This document shows positions 1 through 13,700 of a DNA stretch of 64,000 nt, piece after piece. A program made the position numbers and the translations under genes. This DNA comes from Marsupella aquatica (taxonomy: Eukaryota > Plantae > Marchantiophyta). Position 1 is the first letter of the stretch; the number at the start of each line of letters is the position of its first letter. The DNA lies in assembly GCA_973895155.1 (NCBI GenBank), contig OZ316895.1, positions 7,428,184 to 7,492,183 of the forward strand, read 5' to 3'. Under the pieces are notes generated by a model, which made no database searches, had not been told where the DNA came from, and worked only from the letters and a program-made list of their open reading frames with translations.

Positions 1-87
1 CACAAGTGAGGTGAGGTGAGGTGGGGTGAACTCTTCACATGCTCAAATAAATGTTGACGACTTCAAACTCACATTGCAGTAATGCAT

Positions 88-230
88 TCTACCTTGTATA
101 AGTGTCTACCTTGTATAAGTGCAGGCTGGGGGGGAAGAATTGTTTGTTCAATCTATGTAGTCTACCTTGTATAAGTGTCTACCTTGTATAAGTGCAGGCT
201 GGGGGGAAGAATTGTTTGTTCAATCTATGT
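88..230. repeat. Tandem duplication of a ~72-bp unit
   Basis: TCTACCTTGTATAAGTGTCTACCTTGTATAAGTGCAGGCTGGGGGG(G)AAGAATTGTTTGTTCAATCTATGT occurs twice head to tail. Confidence 0.85.
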
Positions 231-639
231 CAAGTTAATGCGCTCCGTACACTAGAACATTAACCAATACATTGTATTTATGATCTACAAACCAAGTGAT
301 TTGAAAGACATGTGTCCATTTTATGTTCTGGTTGTACAGCTAACTAAATTTAACATGCGGTCTGCGAAGACACCCCAAACTAAATCTTGACGAGTTCAAA
401 CTCACATTACTTATGCACATAGATTACTTAAACACTCCCAAACTACACTTATCCAGGTTATACACTCACCTATATATAAGTGCAGGCGCCTTGGAAGACA
501 CCCCAAACCTGCACTTATCCATGTTATGCACTAATTCATAAGTGCATGGAATATCATTTATGCAATTCTCCATATGTCATCCAATAAGTGCATGTGAAAT
601 TGCTCATGCACTTCCTTATATGTTGTTGGGTCCTACACA

Positions 640-1724
640 TTGGACTCCTCATACCCCAAAGGAGACCCTAAACCCTCCTTATACTGCACCAATTAACTGG
701 ATGAGTGCTTGGAACTACTGTATGCAGTTATCTGTGGCACTTATCAATAAATGCTTCTAGGGCATGCATTGCAGTAACTGATAAATGCATGTTCACTCTT
801 ATAGACCAAAATGCACTTATGTATTTGTCATTTAGTGACGGGGAACTGCACTTACAGATGGTGCATTTTTGGTCCCCTTACAGAAAGAAAGTGTTGTAAT
901 ATTATGGGACTACATGGCCAGCCTGCAGCTACCCAAGAATGTACTTACACACTGTGCACTTATGCACTGTAGACTGTAATCTCCATTCTGCTCTTTGGTT
1001 TTCCAATTTTTCTCCCCTTGTGTTTGGAAGCATGTCTTCAAGTTTGGCATTTTCTGTTCTTTGGTGGATATACATAAGTGCTTTCTGTCCACTTCAGATC
1101 GGTCATGTAGTTATTTTGAAAATTTTACTAATAAAGCGTGAACTGCAGCCTACTTTCACAAGCTAGGGTCTAGAGTGAAGCCTCTAGACCATAACTCTAT
1201 GGTCACATGTGCATGGGAAAAACTTATGACATGACTATATGAACATGTCAGTTTTATATGATAATTTTTAAATATTTATATTCAAAATATATAGATTGTA
1301 TGGCCCCACCACAACATATGTGCATAGAACATGGATGTGCATACAAAAAGCTTGATGTGCACATCAAGGAGAATGATATATTATATATGACTACTAAAAT
1401 GTTAGGTTTTTTTATCATTTCATTAATCTTCAAAGAATATGAATAAAAAATATATTTTGATAATTCTTTTATTGTCCTCTCCGCTATTCAGTTCAAAGAA
1501 CGGGTAGTCGGGGCTAGTGCCCAAAAGTGCAGGTTGACTCTCACTAAATGACAAATACATGAGTGCATTTCTATGTATAAGGATACGCATGCATTTATCA
1601 GCTATGATGCTTACATAAAAAGCATTTCTAGAAAGTGCAGCAGACAATAAATTATTATCTTACTTTCATGCACTCATCTAGTTGAATCATGTAGTATGTG
1701 GGCTCAGGATATGAGGAGTCCAAT
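640..1724. repeat. Diverged inverted repeat (~210-bp arms at 640-855 and 1524-1724), probable old foldback/MITE
   Basis: ATTGGACTCCTCATA and GATAAATGCATG...AATGCACT.ATGTATTTGTCATTTAGTGA occur in opposite orientation in the two arms. Confidence 0.6.
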
Positions 1725-2454
1725 TGACTGTAATCTTCATTTGGCTTTTTGGTCTTGGGGCTTTTCCAATTGTTTTCTCCCCTTCGTTGGATTTCTCTTT
1801 TTTGGGATCCTTCAGTCAGGTTTGGCATGTTTTATTCTTTGATAGTGTCGTATATGTCTCCCACATGAATAGTATCACAAGAGAAGTTAGCTGACCAGTT
1901 GAAATACCCTGACAACAATCATTCTTGACAACTTGAAGCTCATACTGTGGGATCTCCTTGGAAACCTTTGACCTGGAAAATTATAGTCTGGGAGCATCAC
2001 AGGTGAGGTTAAGTGATCCATTCAAATATTTCGATAGACAACCCTAAAGCTCAGATCACAATCATCTGCATCCAGACCTTTGAACCTACAGTACATGAGA
2101 TCTCAAAATGCTCTTAGTGCCGTGACACACTTTGAGGATAAACCAGCCCTAATACCCACTCGTGTATGCACAGGATGGACTATGTACCCAGACTCCCATG
2201 CCCCATCCCTGCTCACAAAGATAGTCTAAAAATCAAAATTCTCTAATACAAAAGAAATTGTGGCCTACGGCTTCACACTAAGGAATAGGTCCTGAAAGGT
2301 AGACATGGATTGTGAAGTATATCAGAAAATCATGTGTCACCTACAGTATTTTCTTCGTCAAAATATATCCATTTTGAATATCCATTTTGGAAGGAAACAT
2401 ACTACACACAAGGAAGCTTAAGAGTGTCCAAGTCAGAGTTTTCATCCTGCCCTA

Positions 2455-3632
2455 GACCGCGCGTTAAATCTACACCGCATTACTGCTCCCCAATCGTCTT
2501 GGGGCCCCGTACACTACCCGTCCCAGTTCCTGTTGAGCATAGATGACATTCGTAACAACAAGCCCATGAACCATCCAACGCGCAATAGTCAACACAGAGA
2601 GATACGTGGTTCACCTCCACATGAGGCTACGTCCACGGGAACACACAAGAGCTTTACTGCACTCTAGGCCGACCGACCATACCAAGCATCCACAGCACAA
2701 TCTCTCTCTATCTCTCAACTAGCTCCGTAACAATGAGCCTAAGTTCCACCAGGGTCTGGCATCAGCCCTGGCTATATACACAATAGCACTACCGCTAACA
2801 TTAGCTAAGTCCTAACCCAAGTTAGACTAACTGTGGTTAGCTCATGAGTCACAAGACTAGAGCAATATCTAGCAGTTCCCAATGTTGCTGCCCGATCCGG
2901 CCCGAGTTTGCCATAACATAAACTAAGACTCTATGATTGTGTCACCCACTCGGCCTGATTAATATTGTGCCATCGACTTTAGGTTTATGTTTTGGCACCC
3001 TTCACTTTTTGTTGCTCGCTCTGGCCCGATCAACTTTGTGTCATCAACTTCCTCGTGGAGTTGTGGTTTATGTTTTGGCAACATTTTTGTCCAACAAAGT
3101 CATCCCGGCTAGGGAGTCATGCTTGCTTCGTAAGAGAGTCTAAGTGTTCAAATAAAGCCTAGTACTTTGATTAAGAATCATGATTGATAGAGTCTTGGTT
3201 ACTGTTCTGCCAAAATGTTTCTTTTCTATGGAGTTGTGGTTCATGTTCTGGAAACACTTCTTTCCAATGGAGTCATCTTTGTTTCATAATAGAGCCTAAG
3301 TAAGTGTTCAGGCAAAGCCTAGTACTTTGCATGAGAGTCATGATAGAGTATTGGTTTATGTTGTGGCAAACTTGGGCCGGAGCAGGCAACAGTAATGGGG
3401 ACTTGGGCCGGAGCGGGCAAAAGCAAGTGAAGGGTGCCAGTCAGAACATAAACTCGAAGTCGACGGCACAAAGTTGATTGAGCCGGGGCATGTGACAATA
3501 TGGTAGAGTTTTGGTTTATGTTCTGGCAAACTCGGGCTAGAGCGGGAAGCAACATGGGGTACTGGGATGGGCAATGTAGGGGTCCCAACAAGATTGGGGA
3601 GCATTAACGCGGTGTAGATTTAACACGCGGTC
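2455..3632. mobile_element. Non-autonomous foldback/long-TIR DNA element (>200-bp TIRs), interrupted by the solo LTR
   Basis: Left end GACCGCGCGTTAAATCTACACCGC; right end reverse complement GACCGCGTGTTAAATCTACACCGC. The homology continues across the LTR insertion to about 3030 versus about 3400. Flanks are GCCCTA / GCCCCA. Confidence 0.8.
2531..2874. mobile_element. Solo LTR, family A (probably Copia-type), 344 bp
   Basis: TGTTGAG...CTAGCA termini, perfect 5-bp TSD GTTCC (2526-2530 / 2875-2879), no internal domain. ~94% identical to 59405-59748 (about 20 substitutions counted by eye, no indels). Confidence 0.92.
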
Positions 3633-4649
3633 GCCCCAGCCAATTAATAGTCAGAGCTATGGGTCCCTGGAAAGTCATTAATGACTCCTTGTACCTGCTG
3701 TCCAAACTGTATGTACTGATATTAAGTAAATACCAAAAATTGGACTACATTTCTCAGCAGCAGGCTGTGGGCGGGTTGGCTAAGTGGAGAGGTAGTGGTC
3801 CTGGGTTCCAAACCTCTATGGGCATATAGCTTTTGACACCAATTCCCACCCAAAAGGGAGTGGGGATCACACAGGCTTTTGTGACTCATAATTGTGTGGG
3901 CAACCACTGTACAAATGTCATAAATGACATTCCAAAGAATTGATTGTAACGGCCTTTTGACAAGGCACTAGGAAGTTCAAGTGATAGTCAAGAATTATAA
4001 TAACATGTTGCACCTTTTTTGGCAGTGGTGTCTTTGAATTTGCAGGGCCCAAAAAATAGAGAATCTGACAAAGAAAATGAATAAATCAAAAAACAATTAA
4101 ATTTGGTCTGAGGAAAGAGTTTCCAAGCAAGAAAAGGAAGCTGCCAAATGATGCACAAGAATGAAGTAACCATCCATGCATATAAATTGCACGTCCCTTT
4201 ATCTCCCTCTACCAATCTTTACCACTATAATACTTATCCCGGATTGTCCCTTTACAAATTAATAAATAAACTAGAACCAATCTTGACCCTTCATCAAAAT
4301 GTTGTTTATTAACACCATGGATTTATCCATACACACCATCTAGAATAAATGTCTGCCCAAGCTGTACTTTAGCCTGCCCACACCTGCCCAAGATAAAAAA
4401 AATTGATTTTTCAAAAAATTATTTATATTTTAATTGGGAAAAAATTTGAATATAAATAAAATATAAAATCTTTTCCTCTCTGAAATTTAAAATTAATAAA
4501 ATAAATATTTTTTCCTGTCACTTGATTGCGGTTGGACTCTATGATGCGGTGGCCGCTCTCGCATCTCCAAATTCAATGTGCAACGCACAAGTTATTGAAC
4601 AAGACCACATTCAAAGTCTCAAAGAGTACATTACAAAGCTTATGATTTT

Positions 4650-5480
4650 TGTCTCGCCTTGATATCTTTTCTAGCCTTGACATATCTTTCTAATCTTTAC
4701 ATATATATCTCTCCTCAACTTACATCTTTTCCTTGTTTTGCCATCTTTTTCTCATCTTGCCATCATTTCTCACATTGACATCCACAACATTTGTTTCTCT
4801 CTTGACATCTTTTCTCTTCTCGTGTCTTTTCTCACCTTAACATGTTTTCCTCACCTTGACATATTTATATCACCACGACATCTTTCCCTCATCCTCAACA
4901 TCTTTTATCTCCTTGAAATACTTTCCTTGTCTTGACATCTTTTTTTTACCTCATCATCTTTTCTCTCCTTACCATCTTTTCTCTCCTTGACATCTTTTTC
5001 TCTCATCGACATGTTTTTTCATCTTCACATCTTTTTCTCACCTTGACATATTTTCTCACCTCAACATCTTTTGTACAATGCATAGGTATCTGGCTACCAT
5101 CTTTATTTCACAACATCTTTTGCTAACGATACACTTTACTTAATATCGACCATTTTGTACTCAACAACATTTTTATACTTTATGACATCATTGGTGACAC
5201 TACATCTATTCACTTGACAACATCTTGGGCAAAATCCCCTATTTTTTCTTGATGACATCTTGAGCAACACAACACCTTTTCTCTTAACAACATCTTGGAC
5301 GCCACAACATCTTTGTTCTTAATGACATCTTGGGCGACATGCCATCTTTTCTCTTAACCACATTTTGGGTGACATAACATCTTTTTTTGTTAAGGACGTC
5401 TTGGGCAACATAGTCAACATCTTTTTTCTTAATGACATCTTGGGCAATATGACATTTTTTTCACAACATCTTTTGTGCAC
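4650..5480 (+). repeat. Degenerate minisatellite: ~18-19-bp CTCACCTTGACATCTTTTT units, followed by ~32-bp GACATCTTGGGCAAC units
   Basis: ACATCTTT / CCTTGAC cores recur many times; the same family occurs reversed at 35245-35605. Confidence 0.75.
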
Positions 5481-6093
5481 GGGTATTGAGCTAATCTACC
5501 ATAAATGGTTGATCATGATTATGTTCTCACTTTGGGGTAGAGACTGAACGTGAATGATTGCCCCATTATTGTTTACAATGTGTACTCACCAATTGCACAG
5601 CAAGGTTGATGCACAAGCTTAATCTCCTTAGTGAGTGCTCTCTTGAAATTCTGGGTGCCTTTACTGAGAAGAATCCAGAGTTGCCCCATCCAGATACTGA
5701 GAACTCTGGATGGGGCAACAGTAAACTTCTTCAACCTCTACTTTTACTAAAAGAATTAATATGAAAAATCCCTTCCCTTCCGAGTGGTTTAAAAAAAAAG
5801 AAAAAATCTTTAGATTTGTTTTATCTGCAGCTCAAATCTAGGTCACATTTCTCTTATGAGATTGTTATGCACTTGTCATTTGTAAGAAATTTAGTCCCAA
5901 AGGAAACCCAATGAAGGGGAGAAACCAAACCAGGGAAATCCCCAAAAAGGCCTAAGAGCCTGAGTGTAACATCTTCTTTGTGAGACCATGCTCTAAGCTC
6001 CACAATTTTTTACTCGAGGGAATCCTAATTGTGTAAAGGCTATGATTGCTCTCTTTGCCTAAAAAGCTTGATGCCTATTCACCACTCAGAATA

Positions 6094-6248
6094 TATTGAT
6101 GGAACCCTAAATTGAAATGTCTTAGTACTTGATAGACCTCATGAGCTGTTGGGTACATTGATTTGAGATCTATCAACAGTCTGGATCACTCATGGGTCAC
6201 TCATGGGTTCATCAAGAAACACTTTGCAATTCGGGGGTCCATCAAGTA
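6094..6248. mobile_element. Degenerate palindromic MITE-like element
   Basis: TTGATGGAACCCTAAATTGAAA at the left versus TTTGCAATTCGGGGGTCCATCAA at the right (inverted); related copy at ~17077-17243. Confidence 0.45.
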
Positions 6249-7730
6249 TCTCTCTGGAATATATGTGAAACACTGAAAAAGAGTTTCTTCACCTGAACTA
6301 AAGATGAAAACCAAAAGGACCCAAGACTAAAGGCTATTTTTGCCGATGTGTAAAGCTGTGAAGCTATCCATAGCTCATGGGAGGTCCTTAGTTCCGAGTC
6401 TGACAAGTGGAGCTAGCTCTCCTGAAAGGTACCTTGTTCACAGGAGGCTCTAAAGAGAGGCGAACGTAGCCTTGTGTGCGAGGCTCATGCATGCACATGC
6501 ACAGGAGGTCGTTCGCTCAATCTTTGACAAGTGTAACTTGCTCTCACGATTGGCTCATACATTTCTGAAAGTTGGCTGTTGGAGTTTTTGCGAAATTTGA
6601 TTGAGAAGCCCTCACGCCACTAAATCTCCTACGAGCAGTCAGCAAGAATACTCACCCATGCGTATTACCTTTACTCTGATGTAGGACAGTTTTGCTCTAG
6701 CTCGACCTCATGGAAACTGACTCCATTCTGCCAATGAAAAGCCATGCCTACATGATCCTACTAAGGTGTTAGAAGATATTTCTTAAAACAGAATCTCTGA
6801 CAATTTGGCGACAATCACAATGAGAGGTTGGTTAAAGCTCAAGATGCCAGGATTAGCCCACGTTCACATCGTAGGGTGCACCGGACAATGTTCCACAGCC
6901 TAATAGATGTATCATGCAATGTGTCACTATGAAAAAATTGCCACTCGGCCTCCATGTACGCACTTCAAGTTTTGGCGAAAAAAAACCTAGTTAAGGGACG
7001 CCCATGAAAGACGAGATGAGGAATCATAGCGTTCGAAGAGTTAGGCTCCTTCCAAACCCGGACTATTGGATGCCCTCCACCCATGAAGGAGTGCAAGCCA
7101 ACCAAAGTCCTCCCCCTGCAAAGGCCCACCTGAGAGCTATGCAGTCGCCGTCACATGCAAGCTCTTGTCAAGCCTATTCTGTCACTCTGCGTTGCTGCGC
7201 AATACCTCCCATTCTCGCAAGTCACTGTGAATTGTGCCCCCATCTCACACTATCCCTCTCCACTTCTCCAATTCTCTTCCCAGACTGGCACCGAGGTTGC
7301 CACAACACTCTTTTACAGGTCCCTGAGGAACCCGTATCATGCCTTTTGCGCAGTGAGCCTCAAGGGAACTATCCCTATTATTTGTAAACGCGAATCAACA
7401 ACCACAAATCTTAATCCACATCTGTCGAACTAGTGTCAATCCAATTTTACTGGAATCAATGATTCTTCCCCTTTTCTTTGTCAATGGTACAATTTCGAAG
7501 TAATGTCACCTACCAAAGAATGGTCCCCCCTAAAGAACCCTGCGATGACTTCGCATGCAAATTATGAATTTGGCGGTGGGGAATCCTGTACACTATGGAT
7601 TAAAGTTTGGTTTCTGGAGCTAATTTATATCTGACGGGCTTATTCCGGAGACTCACATTTTAAATCCCTCAATCCTATTCAAAAATGTCCACACTGCCCC
7701 TCTCCGATTAAAATGTTGTTTGTTGTGTGG

Positions 7731-10700
7731 TCAACTCTTCTCCGAGGATTTAGTAGGTTTTGGTGGGCTAAATGCCCCAGCAGCTAGAAGAAGATTTCTC
7801 CTTGAAAACTGCAAAAGCATAAACGTTCGGAACAAACTGATCTGAGAACTTCTTCCATTTTTGTTATTTCAGAGAACACGGCTGGCAGTCTTTTCTTGAC
7901 TGGAACATTATGCAAAGTTAGAAGGCACAACATCCCAAATGTGGTCAAAAGTATGAGGGACAAATACTTAGTTGACCGATGAATAGAACTTGAACTAAAC
8001 ATGACATGAAGACGAGCACGGCTTTTGAACTTTAAATCAGGCAAATGGCCAAGAACGATAACGCTAACCAACCCTGCGCAGGCAATGAATATGAGAATAG
8101 ACCCTGCTTGATGGTAAGCCATATACCTTGAGAGTGTACACTGGAGTTGATTTTGTTGGTAAGGTCTTCAGAAGTCTAAGACGTTTTGCCCCTCCCGACC
8201 TAGAAGATATCAGTACAAGTTTTTGAGTATCCCTGTCTTTTTGTTCTAAGTGCTACAGAATCTGGACATTAATGGACAAAGCACTCGAATGCATTTGTAC
8301 TATAATTTGATGATAACTCCTGAGAACAGCATTTTTCACTCTCAAGGAAATAAACGTCGGTTTGAATGCAGTTCCAAGTTCAAGAACATGCAAAATTGAC
8401 ACCAACATAAACACAGAGAATGAAGGATTTGCTTAAATGAAGCGAGGGAGAGAGTGAGTACTTCTCATCGTTGGCACGAGACACTTTAGAGCTGGAATTT
8501 ACATCCCATAATCTGACTGTGTTGTCAGCGGACCCTGACCCGAGAAGAGCCCCTTCACCACTGCAGTCGAGCATATATCAATGGATCATCAGTAATCTCT
8601 CACAAAAAACAATACATCCCAAACGTTGAAATATCATACGCTTCCTTCTTCCCAAACATTCAGTTACGACTTTCTCCCTACGATGAATTAGCTGAGAAGA
8701 AATTAACATAACATTGCCTCAAGTGTGGACAGAAAATTACCTGAAGGCGAGGGTCCACACACACCCCGTATGGCCAAACAATGGCGTAACACATCGACCT
8801 GATCCTAAGTCCCACATCATAATGGCGCCATCTTCATCCCCAGATGCCATGTACCGACCATCAGGCGACATCGCAAGAGATATCACCATCCCGCGATGAC
8901 CAGTAAAGATCCGCATACACTCCCCAGTTTGCACATCCCACAAACGGACGGTCTTATCACTTGATCCAGTTGCAATATAATTGCAATTTACGTGCCATTG
9001 CACACACTGCAAAAAGGCAAGCAGACGAAAATCAGAACGTAAAACAGAGGACCCAGATAAGGGGGACCCACAAAGTTAACCAAAGAAAACAATGAGTAGA
9101 ATGTCTCACATCAACATCGGACAGATGACCAGCCATAATCCGTAAAGGTTGCATTCGCTCGGTTGACCAAACCCGAGCAGTCCGATCATGTGATGCGCTA
9201 GCAAAATAGTGGCCTACGGGACAGTACTGCAAAACAACAGAGGATTAAAAAAACCGTAAGCTACTGCTGCTCAGCTTTGATATGCGAGGTGGGAGTTTAA
9301 GTTTAAGCTTTGATATTCGAGGCTTTGAACTAGGTGTCATAGACGGAGAGTGATCCTTCTAGTCGTTCCACTGGACTTGACCTCCATGACCCTAGGAATG
9401 TAACCGAATCAGCAGGCGGTGAGTCAATTTGGGAAAGAGACCAGCCACCAACTTTGCAGTAGTTTTCTGTACTGAACAATGTCCAGTAGCTGTTTCCAAC
9501 CTTCCGCTCTTATTCACGAACTTTCAATCAGCATAATCGATACCCACTAGAGAAATGGCAAGCTTGAGATAACACCCACCTGAACGTCCCACACTGGATA
9601 ATTATGTCCTTTATAGCACACTAGGTTGGCATTAAGCTTCAAACTCCAGAGGCGAACTGTACATCCAGAATAGGAAAATCGACGGAACAACAAACGTCAG
9701 AAGTGGCAGAACGATGTTAGAACAGAGGACAAATTTTCTGGGTTTAAAATGAGTTACTAAGAGTGATCCACCAACGGGTGAAAAGTTCTTTGCCGTTCAA
9801 TCGAACACTGTATATACTCTTCAGGAACTACAACAGGACTTCTGATGAAACGAAGGAAGCATCCTCTGTACAAACCTGTACAGTCTGCTGAAGAAGAAAG
9901 TAAAAAGTCTCCGTCGGGGCTAAAATTTGCTGCATATACAGGGCCAGCATGACCTTTGAACATGGTATACGTTTTCTTGCTGTTATCCAATATTCCTCCA
10001 GTCGTATTCTCTATAGGACTTTTGGTCGACCCATTTGCCAGACCTACAGAAATAACATGCATGACTGAGTGATAGGCGATGAAATTTGCCCCATCAATGT
10101 CACCTGCAAACCATCATCTCAGAGCAAAGTAAAAATCATAGGACGAGTTCAAGATAAGGGATTACCATGCTCTGATGATACTTGGGTTTCACCAGACTTT
10201 GTCATGTCCCACAACTGCACGATGGCAACAGATAAAGTAATTCAAATATGAACTCCTTTCGGATCCAATCAAGTAGCCTCATTAGATTGCATTAAAAGTG
10301 ACATCACATGACCGCAAGTTTGCACTAACTTCTTGAAGTAAGGCTTCACAACGCCTCCCATTAAACATGAAAAACTGCAAAATGGACCCCAGCATCCTAT
10401 GATGTCCTCCCCTTGGGCATTGAACTGATCTCACGCATCACAAAAGAGAAAAAGTTCCGTCTATCATCGTCTAACACTTACTCTCTATTCAAGAGATATG
10501 GTACTGACCTTCAGGGTTGAGTCAGAAAATCCTCCAACAACCAAACCTCCATCCGCTGATATGGATGCACAGTTGAGACTGGTCCAGATCAATGGAAATT
10601 AAGGTTAGATCATGAATGAGAATTTGAAGACCAGTCAATATCAAATGAGGAAGCAAGCTTTCACCACAATAAAGATGCATGACAACACGAAACCACATGG

Positions 10701-13700
10701 ATTCGAATCACTGGACACCAGCAGTGTATCGAAAAGCAATGTATTCAAAGAGTCACCTGTTGTGAGTGTTGATGAAACTATAAAAGCTTACAGAGGGCAA
10801 TGCACTGCTTCCCAGCCGAGCCCTATTCCGTAAATCTTCCAACGCTTGGCGCTCCAATTCTTCAGCACTGTGCAAGCAAACAAAAAGCTTTTTGTTACTT
10901 TAGTCATAAAGAGGGCCAAAAATATGATTTTATGAAAGGACCGCAGGAAAGGCCTCTCCATAATGGAGCAACCGATGGATTATGCCATAGAATGAAACTG
11001 CATGAAAAGGAAGGACCAGTAGGTAGTAGGTTGAAAGCACCATACATAACGGGCATCGGGAGCTCTGCTTTCACTCGATGTACCGAAGCAGCAGCAGTGG
11101 CTTCTGCCTTGGAGCTCTTGCTGGCTCCAGTGCTGGTCTTCTCCTTCTTTAACTTCTTGTTACCAGACCCATGCTTTCCACCTTCTGATGTCCGCTTCTG
11201 CAACAAGAAAGTAACCCATTTGGTGAATGACGCATATTAACTTACCTGACCAGAACGCTTCTCGCAATTAGACACCCAGAAAAGGTGGTCTGGCCTTTTC
11301 CCCCTATCTCCCCATCCAATGAGTCCAATAGCGGATGAAGCACTCGATAATTGAGGTGCTCATCTTAGCCAGCAGAATAATCAGAGCAAGTTTTAAAATC
11401 GACTAGTATGGAGAAGAAGGCCTGCTTTGGATGGCCCACCACACACACCAGAACAAATACGATGAACATACTGATCACGACCATTGAGCATTAAGATACA
11501 TTATGAATGCACCGCAACAGCTTGTGTAATGACATCGTGTGCAATACCACAACGCGCCTTGATGACAAAAACAGATATCAAGTGGTATGGGATGTTGAGT
11601 TGAAGACTTACTTTCGTATCATCAGCTTCTGCATTCTTCTCCTCAATTTCAGCCTTTTCTGCTTCTGCAGTCAGCTCCTTTTCTAGTTTTTCTTCCAATG
11701 AGTCCTCAAGAGCCTACAAGGGAGCGTAATGACAACTCGATCTCAGCAACTGGAAGACATTTCTGCCTAAAATAGGTGGTTTCGAAAACGGAGAGGGATC
11801 ATGAACTTGATTGAGATTTCGTGAACCCCTGGTGGTTGAAAGAAATCAGACATGGAAAGAACAGAAAGGGAGAACACAACCCATCTATAAGTCCACATGA
11901 CCCGTAAGACAAATAGAAGAGAGATTACAAAGCTGTGAAGTGCCTGCAAAAGAAGTAAAAGGTAAAGACAAAGAAAAGAAGATTAGGTTGCTTACCCCCC
12001 ATCGTATGTCTTTCTGATTGATCAGGTCTAAGGCTTCCTGTGCTTTCCCGGTCAATGTCACAGCCTCTTCCTCCTCAAAAAGAGGTGATGGTTGTCCAGG
12101 AAAAACTGTCAAACACCCATATCAGTCGGAGAGAGAATAGAAGGAAGACATCCACTCGGCATTTCTACATGTCATTTCGAATGCAAGATGGAGAAGTCAA
12201 CAATCATGAAGACATTTGCTGACCTTGTAAGTTGATATGCTCATTGACAATGCCTAGCATGAGCATTGAATCAGTATTATGAAGGTACTGCAACAAAAGC
12301 TCGAAGGAATACTGATACACATTTCACGAGAATACAAACAAACAGCTATCGTCAGATTGTGATTCCAAATGGGACAGAGGATAATCTGCGGTGAAAATGT
12401 TTCCACAAAAAATCGCGAGGTAGTGATAATCACTTCGTGGTAATGTCATGAAACAACACGAAAAAGTTCCACGACCACTTGCCATGCAATTAAGTGACTC
12501 AATTGGAAGAAATTCTACTGCATATGTGTCAGTTTCGCACCTGGCACATTCTTATGCCAATCTTGTTTTCCCGAAATGAGCGTGCAAGTTCTGTTTCCTG
12601 CAATAGAACACTACTGTAAGCCAGACAACAAACAACGGATGCAGGAAGATGCCTGTAGAATAAAATAGCGTCCGTCATCACCGCAGCGAAGTTCAAACTC
12701 TTCTGTCTAGCATTCTTTAACACATAGACAACCATGGAAAAGACGAAGTGGATAAGACGGCTGTCGAGCTGTCTGCCAGACTGGTACAAATACTGTCGAA
12801 CGATTTCACATCACAGCAGTACGTGAAAGTTGCTACAAATAGTATGAACTACTAAATTAAATATGTATATACAAAAGTAAGAATAATAAAAACCTACAGA
12901 CGTAAATAACGAGGAAGAAGACTGAGTATATGTTCACTACGTGACCCAGATGCTCAAAGGGACATTCCCTGTTTGACTGGACTGATAAGAGCAGTGCAGT
13001 CGACCAGCACGTCGAAGGGAATCTTTTGATGGGCATCCTGTGCGATGAGGTATATCTAGCACTTAAAATGAAGAAGACGGAAAGAATCCAACCTCGAGGT
13101 GCTGAGGTGCAAGAACACCCTCCAGTTTCTGCAAATCTCTCAAATGTAGAGCCTCATGATCGTCTCGGAAACATTGGAAAAACGCACGAGCTGCAGATGT
13201 CATGCAAGTGAAACGGTTTCAGCTTTATGAGCTGGTATTTGATTGTTAATTCTTCAACAAGCACTACTGAATATAAAACCTCAGTCTTGCCACGGTGACT
13301 AAGAAAAATACCAAATAGACAGCTGATTGGCAAGCTTGATCTAGTTACAAGTTACAACAGAAATAAGAGACAGTCGCTCCTACCTTCTTGTGAATATCCT
13401 TTCGCAACCAAGTCCATAAAGGAATGCACATAAACAGGATAGAGAATCCGAAGAAGCTCATTCTGTCACACAAGGATAACTTTGTAAGTGTTCGTCCCAT
13501 TCCCAGGTATGAACAGAAACTAAAGACAGAGTTTCCTGCAATTTAAAATCTGGACTGAAACTTGCAATTGACAAGAGGATAAAATTTATGGACAGAAAAG
13601 AGAATTGCCAATCATAAAGCTTCACGAAAGCTGCTGACAGTTTGTATCAGCGGTCAGACTCGTCTACCTTGTACTGATCCAAAGAGGAGTGAACCCAAGA

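Noticed and set aside
6458-6520. Short imperfect hairpin (GCGAACG...CGTTCGC) as a pre-miRNA
   Set aside because: The stem is too short and bulged, and it matches no conserved plant miRNA I recognise.
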